Shown: in pieces, positions 52,669 to 64,000 of the stretch
Position numbering within the stretch: position 1 is the stretch's first letter
Layout: each line of letters begins with the position of its first letter
NCBI GenBank assembly: GCA_050084515.1
Contig: CM114271.1
Span: forward strand, 16,306,001 to 16,370,000
Direction: 5' to 3'
From: Blasia pusilla
Taxonomy: Eukaryota
DNA length: 64,000 nt
Notes under the pieces: model-generated
Databases searched by the model: none
Told to the model about the DNA's origin: nothing
Seen by the model: only the letters and a program-made list of their open reading frames with translations
Translations under genes and position numbers: made by a program

Positions 52669-53913
52669 TCTGATACCCACAATTTTGTACTCTTGAAGAA
52701 TATATCTTTTTATTCAACGAAGACTCTTGTATATTATGATTATGATTATTTATTATTATGAAGAAGAATGAGTGAATCACGAAGCTCCTGGGACAAGGCA
52801 GAGAGATGGAAGATCAAGGATTTGCCTTAGAGGAGAGGAAAACACAATAACAAAGTCTCAAGACTCAGAACGAAGCTTAACGAAGCTCAACGAAGATGTA
52901 TGAAGCTCTCTCATTGAAGTGCTTCGCTACATAACGAAACATCACGAAGAAAAGAAGAAAGAAGTACTTTGCTCTTGCACGAAGCACAAAGCACCGAAAG
53001 TAAGAACGAAGCATGAAGTACTTCGTCCTCAAGGGAAGAAGAAGAAGTCCAAATTTCGCAGCGAAGCAAAGCTAAGAAGGACTGTGATTTCAAGCGACAC
53101 ATAGTTAGAAGAGTTAGACTAGGAAAAGGCGCGACCCTTAATATCAAATTGGTAGTTAGGACAATTTTGTGCTGCGGATTCACAGGGATCGTAGGAAAGC
53201 TAAGAGAACCATAGATCTAGATAGTTAGAAATAGTGAAGAGACACTAGCTTCATCAAGAACGTTTCGAATCTTTCAATCACTTCCACTCCAACGAATATT
53301 TAAGAAGCAAGGCAGAAGCCATAATCATCATTCTCTTACGAAGTCCTTATGTTGTAGGAATGGTCTGAGCAAGAGAGTAGTACCCTCTTGAGCTTGTATA
53401 CACTTTGAAGCTTTCTCGTTCTTGATGGAGTAGTAAAGCAATCATTCATTCATTCTTATGTGCGATGCTTATGTCTGAGTATTCTTTTTGGGTCTGCAGA
53501 GTGAAGAGTGAATCAGGCGAACCTTTCTCATCAGTGAAATAATCAACATGAGTTTTAGGAAATCTGTTTGACAGAGAGTAACCTGCCGAGACAGATTGAG
53601 TTCCGAAAGTAGGAGAAGCCAACTTTTAGGTTGAGATCTCTGTGAGGTTTCTTGATGTCGAGAGGAAAATCTACCTGAACATGCTATCAATTCCACTAGA
53701 GAGAATCGAGAAAAGATCCTTTGGTACTAAGAAAGATCAGAAGATATTGATGAGACATTGAATATAACTCACACACATTTAAATACAACTATTACAACAT
53801 ATTTGTAATTCCGAACTCTCTTTTCATCAAACAATGATCCTCTTGGGGATCGAACTTATTAAAACGACTATAAACTAGAAACACTTGTACATCACACATA
53901 GCAAGAAACTTTT

Positions 53914-53931
53914 TGGCGCCGCTGACGGGGA
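53914..53931 (+). promoter_or_regulatory. tRNA primer-binding site of Z
   Basis: TGGCGCCGCTGACGGGGA resembles the TGGCGCCGTTGCCGGGGA PBS of Athila-type elements. Confidence 0.75.
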
Positions 53932-54717
53932 TCATATTCTTTGCTGAAAAGGGAGAGAGATACATGGGAAATCCGGAAGCGGGGAAAGAAGCCTCGGCTC
54001 TGGGAAGACCCAACCAGCTAGTTCTTACGGAAGACCATCTGATATCTCTCGCGATTCCCCTCAGACAATGGATGAAAGAAGATAACAACATATTTGCTGC
54101 ATTGGTGCTAGAAAAGATAGAACAATTAATTAGCCTTGTCAATAAACCAGTCGCCGAACGGTGCTCCGCCCATGAACGTCAGTTGTACTTGGTGATGACC
54201 CGATACTTATGTTTATGGGAGGAAAACATGGCAGGAAGATTAAGAGCACCTGGCACACTTCTGTAGGACTAGGAAGTAGAAACCTTTAATTGCCCCTCCA
54301 TGGACCCCTACCTTTTTGCGACCGTGGGGGCAGAAGCAAGTTCCCGGCTCCCAGAAGGGGCTCATGGAAGGATCTCGGCCCTCTTCGCGAGATCAGCGAG
54401 CCGATCGACGGAGTAAGCAACAAGAAGATCACCTTGCTTGGAGACCTCATGGGCTGTCTCCCGGTTTTCGTCTTCGCACGAAGCCCAAGAGCAAGAAGAG
54501 AGACAGGAATAAACTCTCCACTACGTCCCCTACCAGTTCGCAGTCGGACGAAGAGTCAAACTAGGACCCCTTTGGAGAGTCAGGGACGGGGCCGACCCAA
54601 TCAACTAGAGCGGAGCCGCTACCTCCTCCCTCCCGAGCCTCAAGACCGGGACCCACCAGCAGACCATTCCCCATGGCCAATACTAGGAAGACGCTTGCTA
54701 AGGTACCCTGACTTTCT

Positions 54718-57700
54718 TTGGGACGGCGAGATGATGTGGACAACTTTGTGCTGGAATTTACCCATGTAGACAAGGCAAATGGGGAAGGTTCAGAGGAGGA
54801 CTTGTTGCGAGTCTTTCCTAGCCTGCTCAAGAAGCGAGCAAGCCAGTGGTACGAGGGTCTCGGAGCGGACGTCACGGAAACATGGAAAAGGGTATTGGAG
54901 TCCTTCCTACATGAGTTCTGCGACCTTGAGTTCGAGGACAGGCTTCTTACGAAGCTTCGCAACCTGAAACAGAAAAAGAACGAAACTCTCCAGGAGTACA
55001 CACAAAGGTTTCGCATCCAGGTGAATAAACAGGAACACACCACTACCTCGCAACTGGTAGATTGGTTCATGTCAGGACTGTCCAAGGAAATAGACCGGTA
55101 CTGCTGGCGAGGCCAACGAGATTCCCTAGAAGCAGTCATAGCCTCCGCAGAGGCTTACGAAGCCTCAGAGAAGTCCCGTAAAATACGAAGACGGTGTCAC
55201 CAATGCCGAGGTTCGTCGCAAACTAGTGCTTTGTCAGAGGACGAAGCGTCCTCCACAGACACGGAATCCTCTATGGGGGATACTTCGGAGTCCTCGGACT
55301 CGGAAAAAGATGTAAAATCTAAACGTAAAGGAAAAAGCACGCGCCACCACTCTCCCAAGCACCGAAGAAAAACCCGACCCACAAAGCACCTTCCCCAGCG
55401 GTCCGAAAGTCCAGTAAGGGGGACAGCAAGGAAGGCCGGCAAGTCGGCCATGGAAGAGTTAAGTAAGCAAATGGCATAATTGAAGGTACATCTGGCGGCC
55501 CAGAAGGACCCCAGAAGACGGCTAGGTCTGATGAGGCCCAACATCTGGTGTAGTACCTGCGGATCCCAAGGGCATACTGCCCAGGAATGCCACATGCAGA
55601 GGGATGTATGTTGGATGCAAGAAGATACCACTACAGAAGAAGGGTGGTATGAACCCAAACAGGGGGAAGGGTGCTATGCCATCCAAGCTGTGCCACCACC
55701 AAATCCCGGACGAAGTTGGATCACCCGATATGTGCCTCCGGAATACGGGGAACAGAGACCCCTGAGATAGATTATGGGCGCGGTAGCCTTCACGCCACCC
55801 ATAAAAAGGAATTGTTGTTATAATTGCGGTGCGGCTGACCATTGGGCTAATAATTGCCCAAACCCAAAGCGGCCAGTAGGACTCAATCCCTTGTGCGGAA
55901 ATTGCAAGAAAGGCGGGCACACTGCAGTGGAATGCCCGGAGCCCAAGGTTCCGTGGTTGTTGGTAAAATATGTCAACACCCCAGCAGCCCAACCAGAGTC
56001 CAAGAATGACGTAAATGTGCAACTTGTCCGAGTGGAAGAGTTAGGGTCCCCCGGGCCAAAGCGAGTCACTATCAGGGAGGAAGACTCAAACAGAGCGGAC
56101 GCCGAAGAATCATTGGACTAGCCCAAAGAGTTCCAAGAAACCGTTCTGGTTGTCACCACGAGGTCCAAGAGTCAGACCGCGGGGAACCCCAAGGCAAGGA
56201 AAGGTGCTTCATCTTCGCGTGAAGCTCAGGACCCCAAGGCGAAAGGTGTCGATGCCTTCCACACCGGGAAGGTCATCCTAAAAGGCGATGTGGACCCGAC
56301 CTTCGATCGAAGTCACCCTAAGTACTTCCATCAAGATATCGAGGAGCAGGTTCGGGCTCAAGTGCGTCAGGACCAAGGACCAGAAGGGAGGAAGACCCCA
56401 GCGCCGACGAGAACCGGAATGACTCCGGCAGTGCAAGCCATCGCGACGTCACCGCTGGTCTTAGAAGCCTACGACCTACTCAGGGACTTGGCGTCAACCC
56501 CGGCCAATATAACCCTATTGCAATTATTAATGGATAACCCAGTGTACAGCAAAATTTTGCAGCAGTGGAAGATAAGCCGTAAAAAACCCAAGAAGTGCGC
56601 AAAGCATCTACCAGTAGTGGATCTGTTCCGTATTGAAGTGGAAGACTTGGGAGCACCAGAGGTAGAGGTGGAGATTGAGGGGCACACCATTAAGAAGGTG
56701 CCCATTGACTCAGGAAGCGGAATTAACATTATGACAGAACAGACAGCTCGGGCACTAGGATATACGGAGTGCGAGCCCACCGAGAAGTATCTGCGGTTTG
56801 CGGATCAGTCCCGGAAGCGACCCCTCGGACAGCTCACTCAGATCCGGACCATGCTTGGGCGGGTGCTATTTCTGTTGGACTACTTAGTCTTGCAGCCCCT
56901 GACAACCACGGGCTATCCCTTGCTCATTGGACGACCGTGGCTGTATGGTGCGCGAGTGACGACGGATTGGAGGAGGCAACGTTTCACGTTCCAGGCTCCG
57001 GACCAGGTCTCTAAGCGGCTCATCAAGTTGTTGTGGAAATCACGACCATCCCAAGGAGAAAAGCCACCGACCGACGAGGGCTGTACATCAGATCAAGAGC
57101 AAACTACAGCTACTGAGTCCTCGTCGAATGTGTATTATTTAGAATGCTACGAAATAGACGAAGAGTCGATACCTACCAAACCGATGTCAACCCGAGAAGA
57201 AGAGAAGCTAGGTCATAGCACATTCCAGTTTATAGAGAGTATGGTTCAAGAAAAGGACTACATACAGGTCTTAGTTGCAGATCAGAAGTCTCTACGCCTC
57301 TCGGCGGATTTGTCTCCCACCGAACTCCTCCTGTATAAAAGATTATTGTTTGAGTATTTGGATGTGTTTGCATACTCCATGGATGAAATGACAGGCATTC
57401 CTGCACGGTATGGTGAACACAGAATTGACCTAAAAGAAGGTGCGGTACCGGTACGAATGAGGTAGTATCGCCTCAACCCGAAATACTCGTTACTAGTCAA
57501 GGACGAGATTGACCAGCGTCTCGGAGTAGGAATAATTAATCTGGTGTTAAGTAGCGAGTGGGTGTCTCCCATTGTGATTGTACCCAAAAAACAAACGGGA
57601 AAAATTAGAGTGTGCCAAGATTACCGGAAATTGAATGCGGCCACCTTAAAGGACCATCACCCCCTACTTTCACTGACAGTATTTTGGATAAAGTTGCCGG

Positions 57701-57760
57701 CCACGAGTGTTATTCTTTTTTGGATAGATACTCGGGTTATAACCAAGTATCCATACGAGA
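54718..57760 (+). pseudogene. Element Z gag-pol (in-frame stops, truncated in RT)
   Basis: ORFs 54718-55479, 55480-55770, 55774-56121, 56290-57465 and 57544 onward lie in one frame separated by stops. Confidence 0.85.
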
Positions 57761-58580
57761 TGTCGTGCATACATATCGCTACACAACATACATCGCTCGT
57801 TACATCTACACCACACAACACCGATCTTCCCCACACACGGGTTGATCCACACATGTACAAAAATCAACTCATACATATACATGTAGATCACACAACAAAA
57901 ATAAAGAGTAGTAAAAACGGCACACCCGGCCTAAAACTCCACTCCTCAATCTACATCGGCATATCGAGCCTCGTCCACCCTGTGCTATCAAGGAATCCGG
58001 ACGCTAGCACCCTAGTCCTAGCTCACACACATACAAGGGAGGTGCTCCAACGGCCCAACATGAGAAAGATGGCTTAGGAAAGCCATCTTCCTCTCTTATA
58101 TAGGTTGGGAAGAGCCAAAAGGCTCTTCCCCTAAAAATAGCCCTTCCCTTGGTAACCTGCGCACAGAGGTTACCAGGGGCGCGTGACCTGGTCAACAAGT
58201 CACCCGATTGTAAAAGACCTCAACATGAAACGAAGTTCCTGACACAATGGACCTATCCTCAACCTCATCCGACATTGTGGGACAAAGTTACACTCAAGAT
58301 AGTCCACTGGCTCCTACGCCCTATCCACGATAGATCTCGGCCTATCGGCTACTCAGATGTGACAGCTGTCGTGCGCATACATATCGCTACACAACATACA
58401 TCGCTCGTCACATCTACACCACACAACTCCGATCTTCCCCACACACGGGTCGATCCACACATGTAAAAAAATCAACTCATACATATACATGGAGATCACA
58501 CAACCGCCCCCCTAGCTGGCAGTTGGATCCCCCTAACTCCAGATAGAAAATATCACATCTCTCTGACATGACCTACTACC

Positions 58581-60000
58581 CTATACACATCTCGGACACA
58601 TCCATCGTCTCGTGGGAACCAGATCAAGAGGGGGGGTCAGACATGACATATGCCACCCTCGAGAACAACCATCACATACCAACATGGTGGCTGCACCCCT
58701 TGCAGATCTGCACAACATACACCTCAAGCCTGCAGGTACCACTGCCAAGCTCGGATCCACCGTCCCATCTACGTTCGGAAGATGACATGGCGCACAATTG
58801 CGCACATGATCCTTCCAAACCATACCATCCCGTCCCTCCAACATGAGGACTCCAGTCGGTAATACCTCGCGCACACGTAGGATCGTGCGCCTTGCACTGA
58901 CATCTAGCGTCGTGGGTGCCGCCTGCTGTAAATACACGTAATCTCTAGGATGAAACCTCCTAATCCTTGGACGATAACCTCCTCCACGAATGGTCGCGTA
59001 CCTCAATGTATCTCTATGTTGGGCAATAGCTAAGTTCTCAAAGGCCATAGGCATAACTCTACGAAAAACTTCTGCCCTCTGAGAATATGCTTGCACCCAC
59101 ACATCTCGATCATCAAGATCTAACACCTCCGCCATGTCACGTCGAATCACTACAGGTAAATCTGGCTCTCTCCCAAAGAGCAAAAAGTACGGTGAAAATG
59201 ACGCCAAGGATGCCTGCCGACTAAAGCGATAACCCATAGCCAACCATGGCAACTGTAGGTCCCACTCCCTCAACTGTCCCCGCTGCAAGCCATACTTGCG
59301 CAATCCTCTCTTCACCATCTGTACAACTCTCTCCGCCAACCCATCCGCCTCAAGATGATCCCTAGACGTGGTGCGGTGATCTATCAGCGGCTGATCACAC
59401 AAGGCTTGAAACTCTCCCCTGAACTCGGTACCCTGGTCAGTCAACACCTCCGCCGGTGCACCACAGTGACTAAGCACACGATCTAGAAACGCATAAGCTG
59501 TTCCCTCGCTCACCTTGTCTGGTAGTGCCACCAACTCTATCCACTTGGAGAAATGCTCCACCATGACCAACACGTACCTATGATGACGCCCTGTCAATGG
59601 CAAAGGTCCCGCAAAGTCTAAACTCCACCGATAACCTAAACCCATAATCGGCAAAGGATGTAGCTGCAGAGTGGGAGCATTGAAGGATGCTCGCACTCTG
59701 TCACATACCATACATCCGCCACAAATGGCTGTACCCAAAGATGCATGCATGCGCCACCAATACTGAACCTGGAGTAAGCTGTAAGTACGCTTTACTCCAA
59801 AATGTCCCTACTCCTCATGGGCATGTCGCACTACACGTGCTCGTTGGGAATGATGAGGTACCACTCGTATCCTACCATCTCCCCATACCCGCAAAATGTG
59901 AGTTGCCTCCCACCTGAACCTCTTGGCTCTCTGTAGGATCCGATCCCGCTCCCTAGCACTCACTGTACTCGCAATGACGCCAGTGCGCAAGAACTCCACA
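58581..60000 (-). pseudogene. Element W integrase with PHD finger
   Basis: 389-aa ORF: CMVC, WSLDFAGPLP, LTDQGTEF, DGLAERVVQ (D,D,E intact), CMLC...CDGC...WHMSC...WMCPRC. Confidence 0.93.
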
Positions 60001-60229
60001 ACCTCCACGTCGTCATGGATATCACGACCATGTGTCGCCTCCTCACTAACCTCCGGATCCAAAGACTCATCATCCAATCCCACCACTGGAGTCATCACCT
60101 GTGGCTGACCTGCCATAGTCAACCAACAAAGATAGGCAGATGGATGCCAACCGGGCACCATCTCCTCATCACTCTCTCCGTGCCATCGAGCTCTTGTGTC
60201 GTTTCTCTGACTCGGACATGGGTTACGAC

Positions 60230-61660
60230 TCAACCCATCCGCATCCTGGTTCAGCCGACCTGGCCTATGAACCACCTCAAACTCATACTCCTGTAGTAAT
60301 AGAGCCCACATGGCAAGCTTTTCCGTAAGCTTGTCGGACTCCATCAACCACCTCAACGGCTGATGATAAGTGATAAGTGTGAAAGGGTTGCCAAATAAAT
60401 AGCACCTAAAATGTGCCACGGCCTACACTGCAGCCAAGCACTCTCCCTCATAGGAGTTGTACTTCACCTCTGCAATGTTGTTTGATCGGCTCGCGTAAGC
60501 CACAACGAACTCTCTCTCCTCCTCATCCCTCTAAGTAAGCACTGCTCCTAGACCCAACATGCTCCAATCCGTATGTAACTGGAATGGGCGACCCCTAACC
60601 GGTCTCTGTAAAATGGGTGAGGACGTCAACCTATCCTTGAGCTCCTCAAATGCTCGCTCTTGATCATCTCCCCACAACCACACCTGATCAAGTCTCGTCA
60701 ACAAGGTCAAAGACTTTGCGATCGCACTACAACCCTTGACATACCGTCGATAGGAGTTCGCCAGTCCAAGAAATGCTCGGACTCGACTCACATCTATAGA
60801 GCGTGGAATCTGCGCAATAGCCTCTACCTTCGTCTGCTGAACGCCTAACCCACTCGCGTATATGGTGTGTCCCAAGTACTCAATATGCTCCTGAAAGAAT
60901 CTGCACTTGCCTGGATGTAACCGGTCCATGTAATCGCAATCGCCAAAACACCTCCTCCAAGTGTCGCTCATGCTCCTCACCCGTGGAACTGAAGATAAGA
61001 ATATCATCTATGTAACATCGTAAAAAATCCAAGCCAGCCAGAATCCTATCCATCACTCTCTAAAACTCCGCAGGCGCGTTCTTCAACCCAAATGGTAAGA
61101 ACCGCCACTGATACAAGCAATCTCTCCCGAACCGATCTATCCCCAAGAATGTTGTCTTCTCCCTGTCCTCCAACTTTGATAGGAAGCGATGATAGCCAAA
61201 GACGGAGATCTAAATCAAGATCTTTGCATGCCCTATCGCATCAAAGATCTCCTCAGGAGTAGGCATGGCATACCGATCTGACCTCGTATGTCGGTTGATA
61301 GGACGGTAATCTCCACACATCCGCCTATCCGTCCAATTGCCATACATATCCTTCTTCGCCGGCATGACTGTGGCATATGCATACTCCCCATGTGATAACT
61401 CCACAAGTCCTGCCTCCAAAAAGTCCTGACTCTTGCTCTCAATCAAGGCTCGCTCCATATCAGAATACCTGTAGGGTCAACGAAAGATCGGCGTATCACT
61501 AGCCAACTCAATCCGTATCTCGGGACCCTTCAGCGTACCCAAGTCTCTCATACTGAAGGCAAAACAACTGACATGCCCTCTCAGAAACCTATGAACTTGC
61601 CGTCGCTCTCCTCCTATCAACTTGAGACCTATCACAGGCTCCCAAGTCTCCATCGTGACC
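60230..61660 (-). pseudogene. Element W reverse transcriptase/RNase H
   Basis: RMCGDYRPIN, KCRFFQEHIEYLGH, FLGLANSYRRYV, LHTDWSMLGLGAVL. Confidence 0.92.
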
Positions 61661-61959
61661 TCACTCGGAGAGGACGCAACCTCCGGCTTTGGTTGCTATG
61701 TAGCAATCCTAGCCACCTCCGCAACAGCCACTCCACTCTTACCTCCTACACCATGCTCCACATCCGAAAAATGAACATGTGGTTCTCTGGCCGCCTTTGC
61801 ACTCTCCGCTCGAACGACGTCCCAAGAAGTCCATGGGTGCCTATCTCTCCTCGTCTCGCTTGACCAATGCCTGTCACAGACCACCTCAGAGGCAATGGTC
61901 CAACTCGTGGACGTGACGGCATGGATGACACTCGCATCCGTCTCTGCTCAGCCATACTT

Positions 61960-62915
61960 AGGCTGACTATCCATGTTAGACAGTTGAGGTCCATCGCGTG
62001 CCCCAGCACGTGTCTTCGTGATGCCTCAGTCATCCCTGGCACCGCCGTAGTACCGGTAGTGAACCCCATGGCGCGCTCGCGCTCATCTGCTGTAGGCTCC
62101 TCCAATACTCTGGTCACCTCATCCCAAATCATGCTTGGCCCTCCCTGACGAAAGGCATGGGATGATGGGAAGCTCACCAACGCAGGTAAGGCTGCCCTCA
62201 ACTCCCCCACCCTATTGGCCGTGGCCAACGGTGGTCTATCATCCCGTGTCACCACGTGAGATCTAAGCCCTGAGCCCGAAAAAGCATACATTGTGAAATG
62301 TGGTGCTCTCTGGACTCCACTGTATGCTCGACTCAGTACCTTTGGTTGTATCAGGCTCGTCCACCACAGTCGTGGACGATGGGCACGTGACCCAACTCTC
62401 GCTGCATCTAACAACACAGAAGGTCCCAACCAGGACCTCACCTGATGTACACTCGTCATCACATGTGCACGAGTATCTCCCAACAATGGCACGTTCTCCA
62501 AAATGTACGCTGGAGAACATATCTGACCCTCCTACAAGTGTCGTACTTCTCGCAGCATCTCCCAAAACATCCCTGACCTCGGATCCTGCAATCCAAATCC
62601 TCGGCCAGCTCATGAATGACCCTGACATGGCCATCCAACAATCACCAAATGAATCGTGCCAACTCTATCCAGATCCTGCGCCCCCACCAAAGATATGTCG
62701 GCGGGTAGCGTATGTTGGTATCCCCGTACTACAGATACCGACAACAACTCAGGATACCTCTGGACCAATCTCGCCACGTGACGTAATGATACTCGCCGCG
62801 CGGTCTCATCTCTCTCCACATAAAGGTACTGATGCACCCGTATGCCCGCCTGCAATACTACAGCCAATCCGGTGCTAATCCCTCCGAAGAGATCTAACAC
62901 CCTAACACCCTCCTC
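61960..62915 (-). pseudogene. Element W DNMT3-like C5 cytosine methyltransferase domain
   Basis: VRVLDLFGGISTG, GWPCQGHS, ENV, RAHRPRLWW, ERAMGF, RRHVLGHAMDLNCL. Confidence 0.92.
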
Positions 62916-64000
62916 TCGGCACTGCCACACAACAGGTCTGGTATCTAGTGGGGTCATCGTCTCCACTCCAAGAGCCCGATCGCCATGTGACTCTCGCTGC
63001 TCTGGGATAAAAACATGACTCCACGCCTGCCTCACGAGGTCGTCGGCACTCCTCTGTAGCTCTCGAGTCGTACCCCATAATGGTGAAGAGGCATCGCTAA
63101 CATGGGAAGAGACACCCGCCATGGCCTGTCTCTCCGTGGGACTATCCGCTACTGGGACATCCTCCGCATGTGCGTTCCCCTCCAACAACTCTCCTGGCCA
63201 GCTAACACTACTTGTGAAAGCGGCCAACATGGTCACAGACTCGCCTCGTGATCGACCACCTCGTCCCGCAAACTACACGGGTAACTCACTCATCCGACCG
63301 TCACCTGACCGCCATCCTGGCTGATAAGCAACGGTCTCCTCCCAGAAGTCAAGGATGAATCCAAGGGGATATAACACTATACTCCCCACCAACACATCAT
63401 ACGACTCAGCTGGTGTCGTAATCGCACGTGTGAGCACCATAGCACTATCCGTCGCATGCTCTGGCTGGACTCTGACAACAATCTCCTGTCGAGTCATATA
63501 CTGAGTGGGTGATACGCCCCCAATCGAGGTCTGTATCTCGAAGGGACAAGGCTCAATGTCGGCCTTCCGTAACCCCAACGCTAAACACGCCGCCTTCCCT
63601 AACATCAAGGGTTGCGCTCCCGAATCAAGTAGGACGCGCTGCGGGTGGTATACTGTCCCCGTCGGACTAACCAAGCAAAATACTCCATCCCGGTTATCTA
63701 GTAACACTACTCCATGTGTCACCACTGTTCGCTCTATGGCCGGTCGAGCTTGCATATCTACCAACTTTGCCGCCGCCGCATGCCATGACTCTGTGGGAAA
63801 CGTCCCAAGCACCGGCTCTGAGGGCAAGTCCACCACCTCCTCAACTACCTCTGAACAAGAAGCAGTCACCTCTCCACGCTCACACAACGTGGCGGCCAAC
63901 CGAAACACCTCAGCTGGTCCATCTCCCAACGTCGCCAACTCTATGGCGGAAAATAGTGGAGTCTGACTCACTCTGGTGGCCACCTCCAACACTATGGTCG

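Larger units (their letters stand above)
46512..52670 (+). mobile_element. Element Y: 5' half of a DNMT-carrying Ty3/Gypsy element (X/W family), interrupted by U2 and Z
   Basis: Starts TGTCACATCTGAG. Repeat A 46512-47007 matches W's A2 (57897-58364, minus). gag 48850-50260; protease LLDSEAQPLMLG about 51045; MTase 51755-52668. Confidence 0.9.
52671..57760 (+). mobile_element. Element Z: Athila/Tat-like Ty3/Gypsy LTR retrotransposon (5' LTR, PBS, gag, PR, start of RT), interrupted by W
   Basis: LTR TGATAC... to about 53894-53903; PBS TGGCGCCGCTGACGGGGA at 53914-53931; gag LRNLKQKKNETLQEYTQRF; three CCHC knuckles; protease VPIDSGSGINIM; RT SEWVSPIVIVPKK...VCQDYRKLN, SFLDRYSGYNQV. Confidence 0.88.
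57761..64000 (-). mobile_element. Element W: 3' portion of a DNMT- and PHD-carrying Ty3/Gypsy element with a B-GC-A-B 3' end; continues beyond the window
   Basis: B2 57761-57896, A2 57897-58364, GC 58365-58366, B1 58367-58504, PPT 58505-58517, INT+PHD 58581-60000, RH/RT 60230-61660, MTase 61960-62915, protease 63273-63992 (VLLDSGAQPLMLG). Confidence 0.92.

Overview
Eukaryotic plant-type DNA, probably from a non-seed land plant or other streptophyte; the species cannot be determined from this window. Left third (1-18 kb): a CRE-like non-LTR retrotransposon remnant and one intact 11-exon minus-strand gene (17600->5073, about 592 aa) encoding a fungal UapA/UapC-type NCS2 xanthine/urate permease. 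Its 8.2-kb intron 8 holds an RTE/RTEX-like LINE, two inverted solo LTRs, a Copia integrase fragment and a perfect 74-bp palindrome. 18-27 kb is AT-rich decayed repeat. 27-64 kb is a five-layer nest of retrotransposons dominated by four degenerate copies (called X, V, Y, W here) of an unusual Ty3/Gypsy group. These elements (i) carry a DNMT3-like C5 cytosine methyltransferase inside pol between protease and RT, (ii) end integrase with a PHD finger, (iii) show a Tf1-like self-priming site in place of a tRNA PBS, and (iv) have split, permuted terminal repeats (A...internal...PPT-B-GC-A-B) with a 4-bp TSD and a palindromic CA-GC-TG junction inside the LTR. That layout is what would result if a circular cDNA were opened and integrated at an internal att site. 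An Athila/Tat-like Ty3/Gypsy element (Z) and two 1.2-1.4 kb solo units with the same termini complete the nest. All identity counts and alignments were made by eye.
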